This document shows positions 26,311-32,000 of a stretch of 32,000 nt of DNA, one piece after another. Every line of letters starts with the position of its first letter. Position 1 is the first letter of the stretch. A program made the position numbers and the translations under genes. The notes below the pieces were generated by a model. It saw only the letters and a list, made by a program, of their open reading frames with translations. It ran no database searches and was not told the DNA's origin. The stretch covers positions 3,630,001 to 3,662,000 of the forward strand of contig CP178758.1 of the NCBI GenBank assembly GCA_047651235.1, given 5' to 3'. This stretch comes from Candidatus Electrothrix yaqonensis (lineage in GTDB: Bacteria; Desulfobacterota; Desulfobulbia; Desulfobulbales; Desulfobulbaceae).

Positions 26311-28185
26311 ATGTGCGGTATTGCCCTGCTCTATAACGAAGACCTGTCCGGCGAAGAACATCTGTACAGGATGCGGAATGCCCTGACCGTTCTGCAGCAT
26401 CGCGGGCCGGATGATCACGGCATATGGCAGGACCGGGAAATCAGTATCGGGCACCGCCGCCTGTCGATCATTGATCAGGCAGGCAGCAGCCAGCCCATGT
26501 CTGATCCGGACGGACGTTTTGTTCTGACCTATAACGGAGAAATATATAATTACAAGGAACTGCGCCCCCAACTGAAGACAAAATGGTGTTTTCAGACCAA
26601 GGGGGATACCGAGGTGCTGCTTGCCGGCCTGATCACCACAGGAGTTGATTTTATCGACAGAATGGAAGGCATGTGGGCCTTTGCCCTGTGGGATAATCAG
26701 GAAAAAACGCTGCTGCTCTGCCGGGACCGGATGGGCAAAAAGCCGCTTTATTATCAGACGTCTTCCTCCTCTTTTCTTTGCGCCTCCGAGCTCCCGGCCC
26801 TGAACAGACTTGCTGGGCAGTCCTGGTCGGAAAATACGGACTCCACAGCGGATTTCCTGCGTTACGGTTATTATCTTCCCGGAACCACAGCATATCAGGA
26901 GGTGCACGAAGTCCTGCCCGGCCATGTGCTGCACTGGTCTCCAAGGACATCTCATAAAGAAACCCCTTACTGGTCGCTGCAGCTGCGCACTTTTCAGGGG
27001 ACCATAGATGACGCTGCCGCAGAACTGCGCAGCAAAATGATCAAAGCTGTCGAACGGCGTATGGTTGCCGATGTCGAAGTCGGGGCCTTTTTGTCCGGCG
27101 GGATTGATTCCTCCCTTGTGGTTTCGATCATGTCCGCCATGTTAGGCGTACACCCCAAGACCTTTACCATCGGCTTCCACGAACGTTCCTACGACGAGCG
27201 TGAATTTGCCGAGCAGATTGCTGTCCGGCAGGGCACGGATCATCATGTCAAGATTCTGGAATCTTGGGATCAGGAGCATCTGACCGATCTCATCCTCAAC
27301 AATATCGGCCAGCCCTTTTCCGATTCATCCATCCTGCCGACCTCAATGGTATCGCAGCTTGCCGCCTCAAAGGTCAAGGTGGCTCTGTCCGGAGACGGAG
27401 GCGACGAACTGTTCAGCGGCTATCAGCGTTATCAGGCCAGATCCATTCTGCGCTGGTACACCCGGCTTCCCGGACCGCTCCGGGCCGGGGCGGAAAAAAT
27501 CATCCGGGCCATCCCGGAACCCATGAGCCACCACAGCCGTTCGCTGATCAAGAAAGCGCATCTTTTCCAGGATATCCTCAACCGGATTGAAGAGGAAACC
27601 CCGTACTTTGCCCCGGTACTGTACAGCCGCAGCGATTATATCTCCCTGTTTCCTGATCTCGACGGACAGGGGCATACGCCTCCCAATATTCCGGAAGAAT
27701 GTGATCTCGACGATATCCGGCGGATGATGTTTGCCGACGCGCTGATCTATCTGCCGCAGGATATCCTGATCAAGGTTGACCGGGCCTCTATGGGCTGCGC
27801 ACTGGAAACAAGAGCACCCTTCTTGGACCGGGATGTGGTTGAGCTTGCCTTTTCGCTGCCCCGCACTTGGCACCGCTCAGGAACAGCAGGCAAAAAGATG
27901 CTGCGCCGGGCATTTTCCGATATCCTGCCGGAGGTTATCTGGAACCGGCGGAAACAGGGATTCGGTGTCCCCATCCATGACTGGTTCAGAAAGGAGTTGG
28001 GAGAAGAATTCGAGGAACTGCTTGCGGCGCATAACGGGCCGCTGAACAGGACAGCAGTGCTCCGGCTTGTCCGGCAGCACAGGCAGGGAGTGCGCGACCA
28101 CGGGTACCGGCTGTGGTGCATGTATATTTATCTGCTTTGGAAAACAGCGGAACATAACCGGTCAGAAACGGTCCGGGGACGTTGA
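26311..28185 (+). CDS. asnB: Asparagine synthase (glutamine-hydrolysing) family amidotransferase
   Basis: 624 aa. It has the Ntn nucleophile MCGI, a GATase-II domain and the PP-loop motif FLSGGIDSS. Its position next to an EPS priming transferase suggests a polysaccharide-associated paralogue. Confidence 0.85.
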   Translation: MCGIALLYNEDLSGEEHLYRMRNALTVLQHRGPDDHGIWQDREISIGHRRLSIIDQAGSSQPMSDPDGRFVLTYNGEIYNYKELRPQLKTKWCFQTKGDTEVLLAGLITTGVDFIDRMEGMWAFALWDNQEKTLLLCRDRMGKKPLYYQTSSSSFLCASELPALNRLAGQSWSENTDSTADFLRYGYYLPGTTAYQEVHEVLPGHVLHWSPRTSHKETPYWSLQLRTFQGTIDDAAAELRSKMIKAVERRMVADVEVGAFLSGGIDSSLVVSIMSAMLGVHPKTFTIGFHERSYDEREFAEQIAVRQGTDHHVKILESWDQEHLTDLILNNIGQPFSDSSILPTSMVSQLAASKVKVALSGDGGDELFSGYQRYQARSILRWYTRLPGPLRAGAEKIIRAIPEPMSHHSRSLIKKAHLFQDILNRIEEETPYFAPVLYSRSDYISLFPDLDGQGHTPPNIPEECDLDDIRRMMFADALIYLPQDILIKVDRASMGCALETRAPFLDRDVVELAFSLPRTWHRSGTAGKKMLRRAFSDILPEVIWNRRKQGFGVPIHDWFRKELGEEFEELLAAHNGPLNRTAVLRLVRQHRQGVRDHGYRLWCMYIYLLWKTAEHNRSETVRGR

Positions 28186-28226
28186 TTCTTCCTGCCGTCA
28201 TTCTGTAAACGCAGTATAATCCAGAC

Positions 28227-29678
28227 ATGTTGCGCGAACACAGCAAGTTGCTGACCGGAATCCATATGACGGCGGATATTTTTCAAGTCGCACTTGCTTT
28301 TATTGCAGCGTATTATTTGAAAAAAAATTTTCCTTTTGCCGATGGACAGGGGCTTTCAACAGAACCGAATTATTATCTGGTGCTTCTGGTCGCCGCCGTG
28401 CTTTCTTCTTTTATCTTTCGTCTGACAGGGTGTTACAGGTCATACCGGATACAATCCCAGTTTCAGATCCATCTGAGAACAATCAAAGCGGTTTCCGGCA
28501 TTTTTGTCGGCACAATTCTCGCTCTTTTTCTCCTGCATGAAAATAATGTCAGCAGGATGCTGCTTGCCCTTTTTGCGGCCATCCTGACCGGGTTCCTGCT
28601 GCTGAGCAAGAGCATAATTTATTATACCCTCCGGCATTATCGCGCTAGAAGCTACAATACCCGCAATATCCTCATTATCGGCACAGACCGACGGGCCGAA
28701 CGGATTATTAGATCGATTCAGCAGCATAAAGGTACAGGCTACCAGCTCCTTGGTTGCCTGCGGCCATACCAAGACAGCACCGGGCAGCCTGAACGTTCTG
28801 ATGCAAAGGAAAAAAATATGCGTATTCTCGGTTCGGTCACTGCGTTACCTCTCATCCTGACCGAAAGAATTGTCGATGAAGTTGTCTTTGCCGCTGATAT
28901 AGGTCGGATTGAACATGTGCATGAATATATTCAGTTTGCGGAATCCATAGGTGTCAATATCCATATTGTTCCTGATTTTCAGCTGGAAAAGATCATGTAT
29001 CAGCCTGAAATCGCTTCCGTCTCCCTGCAGGATTTTGTCGGCTTTCCGACCCTTGCTCTGTCCACAACGTCTCAGCGGCAGAACGCTCTGCTTGTCAAAG
29101 AAATTATGGATTATCTTGTTGCCGGCAGCGGACTCATTCTTCTCTCTCCGTTCTTTCTGCTGATTATGCTGCTTATTAAAGCGACGTCCGAGGGACCTGC
29201 CTTTTTTATCCAGCAGCGTTGCGGTCTGCACGGTCGTACTTTTCCCCTGATCAAATTCCGCACTATGGTCAATAACGCTGAAAAACTCCGCAAGACCTTG
29301 GAACAGAAAAATGAAGTTGACGGCCCGGTCTTCAAAATCAGCAATGACCCACGAGTCACCCGGGTCGGCAGATTTCTCCGCAGAACAAGCATAGATGAAT
29401 TGCCCCAGTTGCTGAATGTCCTCCTGGGCCATATGAGTCTGGTCGGCCCGCGCCCGCCCCTTCCTGCAGAGGTCCGGAAATATGAGCCGTGGCAGCGCCG
29501 ACGCCTGTCCATGAAACCGGGGCTCACCTGCACCTGGCAGGTCAACGGGCGCAATAATGTTACATTTGACCGCTGGATGCGCCTGGATCTGGAATATATT
29601 GACAACTGGTCTCTGAGGCTGGATATTAAGATTCTCCTGAAAACCATGAAGGAAGTTATCACCCTGCATGGTCAATAA
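28227..29678 (+). CDS. Exopolysaccharide polyprenyl glycosylphosphotransferase (WbaP/EpsB-type initiating sugar transferase)
   Basis: 483 aa. N-terminal TM helices are followed by a C-terminal bacterial sugar-transferase domain (SEGPAFFIQQRCGLHGRTFPLIKFRTM, DELPQLLNVLLGHMSLVGPRP). Confidence 0.88.
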   Translation: MLREHSKLLTGIHMTADIFQVALAFIAAYYLKKNFPFADGQGLSTEPNYYLVLLVAAVLSSFIFRLTGCYRSYRIQSQFQIHLRTIKAVSGIFVGTILALFLLHENNVSRMLLALFAAILTGFLLLSKSIIYYTLRHYRARSYNTRNILIIGTDRRAERIIRSIQQHKGTGYQLLGCLRPYQDSTGQPERSDAKEKNMRILGSVTALPLILTERIVDEVVFAADIGRIEHVHEYIQFAESIGVNIHIVPDFQLEKIMYQPEIASVSLQDFVGFPTLALSTTSQRQNALLVKEIMDYLVAGSGLILLSPFFLLIMLLIKATSEGPAFFIQQRCGLHGRTFPLIKFRTMVNNAEKLRKTLEQKNEVDGPVFKISNDPRVTRVGRFLRRTSIDELPQLLNVLLGHMSLVGPRPPLPAEVRKYEPWQRRRLSMKPGLTCTWQVNGRNNVTFDRWMRLDLEYIDNWSLRLDIKILLKTMKEVITLHGQ

Positions 29679-29716
29679 TTTTTTATAATTAACTTAACGT
29701 TTCCTCTGCATTTTCA

Positions 29717-30811
29717 ATGGACTCTCTGATCGAACAGGCCGGACTCGGCGACATCCTCGCCAAGGTCCGGGATGAAGAACGGCTTTCCCTGGAAGATGGT
29801 AAACGGCTTTTTCACTGCCCGGATATCCTGGCAATCGGCTATCTCGCCAATATTGTCCGGGAACGGAAAAACGGCAATCATGCCTTTTTTATCTACAACC
29901 AGCATATCAACTATTCCAATATATGCACCAATCTGTGTAAATTTTGCGCCTTCGGCAAGAAAAAAGGAGATGAACTGGCCTACGAGATGACGGTCGAGGA
30001 AATCAAGGACAAGGTGCGGCAGCGGCTGGACGAGCCGATTACCGAAATTCACATGGTCGGCGGTATTCATCCTGATCTGCCTTATTCCTATTATCTTGAG
30101 GCCCTGCGCGGTATCAAGGAAGTGCGGCCGGAGGTCCATATTCAGGCCTTTACCTGCGTGGAGGTTCAGCATCTGGCGGATCTGAACGGCAAGTCTGTGG
30201 GCGATACCTTGGAGGAACTCAAGGAGGCCGGTTTGGGGTCCATCCCCGGCGGCGGAGCCGAGGTGTTCAGTCCGCGCATCCGGGAACTCACCTGTCCGGA
30301 AAAACTGAACGGACAGAGCTGGCTGCAGGTGGCCAAGACTGCGCACCGGCACGGTCTGAAGACCAATGCCACCATGCTCTACGGCCATATCGAGACCATT
30401 GATGAGCGGCTGGAGCATCTGGATGCCCTGCGCACGGCTCAGGACGAAACCGGCGGTTTTCTCACCTATATTCCCTTGGCCTTTCATCCGAAAAATACGG
30501 CGATGTCGCAGTATGCCCAAACGACCGGCATGGAAGACCTGAAGAATATTGCCGTAGCCCGGCTGATGCTGGACAATTTCCCGCATATCAAGGCGTACTG
30601 GGTGATGATCGGGCCGAAGCTGGCCCAGGTGGCCCTTTCATTCGGCGCGGATGATCTGGACGGCACGGTCAAAGAGGAGATTATTACCCGGATGGCGGGC
30701 GGGGAGAGCGAGCAGGCTCTGGGGCACAAGACGCTGCTCCGGCTGATCAAGGAAGCGGGACGGGAGCCGGTGGAGCGGGATACCCTGTATGAGGTATTAG
30801 GGAGGTTTTGA
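29717..30811 (+). CDS. mqnE: Futalosine-pathway radical SAM enzyme (MqnE/MqnC family; aminofutalosine synthase-like)
   Basis: 364 aa with the CxxxCxxC motif (CTNLCKFCAF), GGGAEVF, NATMLYGHIET and LDNFPHIKAYWVM. I cannot firmly separate MqnE from MqnC by eye. Confidence 0.7.
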   Translation: MDSLIEQAGLGDILAKVRDEERLSLEDGKRLFHCPDILAIGYLANIVRERKNGNHAFFIYNQHINYSNICTNLCKFCAFGKKKGDELAYEMTVEEIKDKVRQRLDEPITEIHMVGGIHPDLPYSYYLEALRGIKEVRPEVHIQAFTCVEVQHLADLNGKSVGDTLEELKEAGLGSIPGGGAEVFSPRIRELTCPEKLNGQSWLQVAKTAHRHGLKTNATMLYGHIETIDERLEHLDALRTAQDETGGFLTYIPLAFHPKNTAMSQYAQTTGMEDLKNIAVARLMLDNFPHIKAYWVMIGPKLAQVALSFGADDLDGTVKEEIITRMAGGESEQALGHKTLLRLIKEAGREPVERDTLYEVLGRF

Positions 30812-30842
30812 GGTGGGTGCAGACTGGCCGCCTTTCTGCATG

Positions 30843-31178
30843 TCATACGGAACGCCCTTGCGTGTAAACGCATTTTAAGGCCGAAGCTTTCACGCTCTGA
30901 CTGTCCACGCTTCCGGCGGACGGCTCCTTATCCTTTCCCTGCCTTTTTCTCTCCTGTTTCCGCATGGAATCCATAATCTTTTCCCATATTTTCTCCTTCG
31001 ACCATTTCCTGAAGTATCCGTAGACCGTACTCCACGGCTCGAACTCCTTCGGGAGCATCCTCCACTGACAACCTGTTCTGTTCACATATAAAATACCGTT
31101 CACAATTACCCGGAGGTCACGTGTCGGCCTTCCAGGTTTCCCCGGACCGCTTTTCGGTTCCGGAAAAAAAAGAAGCAA
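30843..31178 (-). pseudogene. IS5-family (IS427/IS1031-like) transposase fragment
   Basis: Contains RVIVNGILYVNRTGCQWRMLPKEFEPWSTVYGYFRKWSK followed by DSQSVK. It lacks the usual N-terminal start region and the whole DDE domain. No terminal repeats were seen. Confidence 0.7.
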
Positions 31179-31492
31179 CCCGCTTCGGACCCCGCAGGGC
31201 AGGCATAGTTCAGGCTGTGGCTGTCTATTCTGTCGTATAGATATATGATATTAAAATATAATGATGTTTAATTTGCACTCTGATATGAGAAAATCTATCT
31301 GTCGATGGGTCTCGGACAAAGGCCAACTTTATCCGAGTCTATTATCACACGGGACGCGGCATATAAAAAAATCTAAATTCGAAACCGATGAAGCAGAGTT
31401 TCTCCTTTTCTTTGGAAATTATCATCAAAAGTCGTATAGTATAATCTCAAATCCGTTGTTGACAGGAGGTAAACGCGCCGGAAGCGTCGCTT

Positions 31493-32000
31493 ATGCAGGA
31501 ACATCTTTATTGTCATTTTCAGGCTGTTGACTCCACCAATACCCTGGCTGTCCGGCTGGCGGAACAGGGGGCTGAACACGGCACGGTCATTCATGCCGAC
31601 TGCCAGACAGGGGGCCGGGGCCGGGGCGGACGGCGGTTTGTTTCCCCTGCGGGCGGACTGTATTTTTCCCTGATCCTGCGGCCGGAGATCGATCTCTGTG
31701 CGCTGCCCCTGATTACCCTGGCTGCCGGGACAGCCCTCTGTAGCTGTCTGAGAGCAGCGGCAGATGTGCCGGTGCAGATCAAATGGCCCAATGACCTGTA
31801 TCTTCAGGATCGGAAACTTGCCGGTATCCTTACGGAGTCCGGGCCGATCCGGCATGGCCGGACAGATTTTGTCGTCATCGGGGCAGGCATAAATGTCACC
31901 ACGGCACCGGAACAGTTTCCGGCTGATCTGCGGCAGAAAAGTACTTCCTTGGCTGCTGTTGCTGCCCGTTGTCCGGAAAGAGAAAAATTGCTGCCGCTAC
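31493..32000 (+). CDS. birA: Biotin--[acetyl-CoA-carboxylase] ligase BirA (3' end outside the window)
   Basis: An open frame runs from ATG 31493 to the window edge; it is absent from the ORF track because it has no stop. Motifs: VDSTN, GGRGRGGRRF and IKWPNDL. The minus-strand ORFs 31373..31855 and 31591..31791 are antisense artefacts. Confidence 0.85.
   Translation, partial: MQEHLYCHFQAVDSTNTLAVRLAEQGAEHGTVIHADCQTGGRGRGGRRFVSPAGGLYFSLILRPEIDLCALPLITLAAGTALCSCLRAAADVPVQIKWPNDLYLQDRKLAGILTESGPIRHGRTDFVVIGAGINVTTAPEQFPADLRQKSTSLAAVAARCPEREKLLPL

Noticed and set aside
26266-30873. Antisense ORFs 26266..26955, 27367..27873, 27747..28121, 28845..29675, 29111..29662, 29714..30586 and 30484..30873
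   Set aside because: Each lies entirely opposite a confidently identified gene (asnB-like, the sugar transferase, or mqnE-like) and shows no family signature.

Overview
The window looks like chromosome from a diderm bacterium: it carries an Mla lipid-transport operon, a futalosine-pathway radical-SAM gene and a sigma54-driven nifE-like gene. That would fit Desulfobacterota, but the sequence alone cannot prove it. Housekeeping genes (murD, an Aquifex-type aconitase, mlaEFD-A-C, a DUF533 protein, asnB-like plus a polyprenyl glycosylphosphotransferase, mqnE-like, birA) alternate with accessory blocks.

The main finding is at 7.5-16.9 kb: two tandem cassettes, each encoding a very large secreted collagen-like (Gly-X-Y) protein of 1287 aa and about 1029 aa. 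Both proteins are built around a Cys-bracketed globular domain that I cannot assign to a known family; it occurs three times in total. Each gene sits between nearly identical flanks. The upstream flank is about 370 bp and holds a promoter-like site plus a 174-nt structured leader that is identical in both copies. The downstream flank is a terminator plus about 150 bp. The coding bodies between these flanks have diverged strongly.

The first gene contains 43 near-perfect 63/54-nt repeat units, including an 837-bp higher-order duplication, giving 873 uninterrupted Gly-X-Y residues.

Other accessory features:
- a NACHT NTPase gene split by a 107-bp element with inverted-repeat ends, next to an IS200 copy and a decayed IS701-like copy
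- an AT-rich foreign ORF inside the mla operon
- a RelE/ParE-RHH toxin-antitoxin module lying between an orphan nifE-like gene and scrambled remnants of that gene's 3' end
- an IS5-family fragment

No rRNA, tRNA or CRISPR array was seen. Most of the remaining long ORFs in the six-frame track are antisense shadows of real genes.
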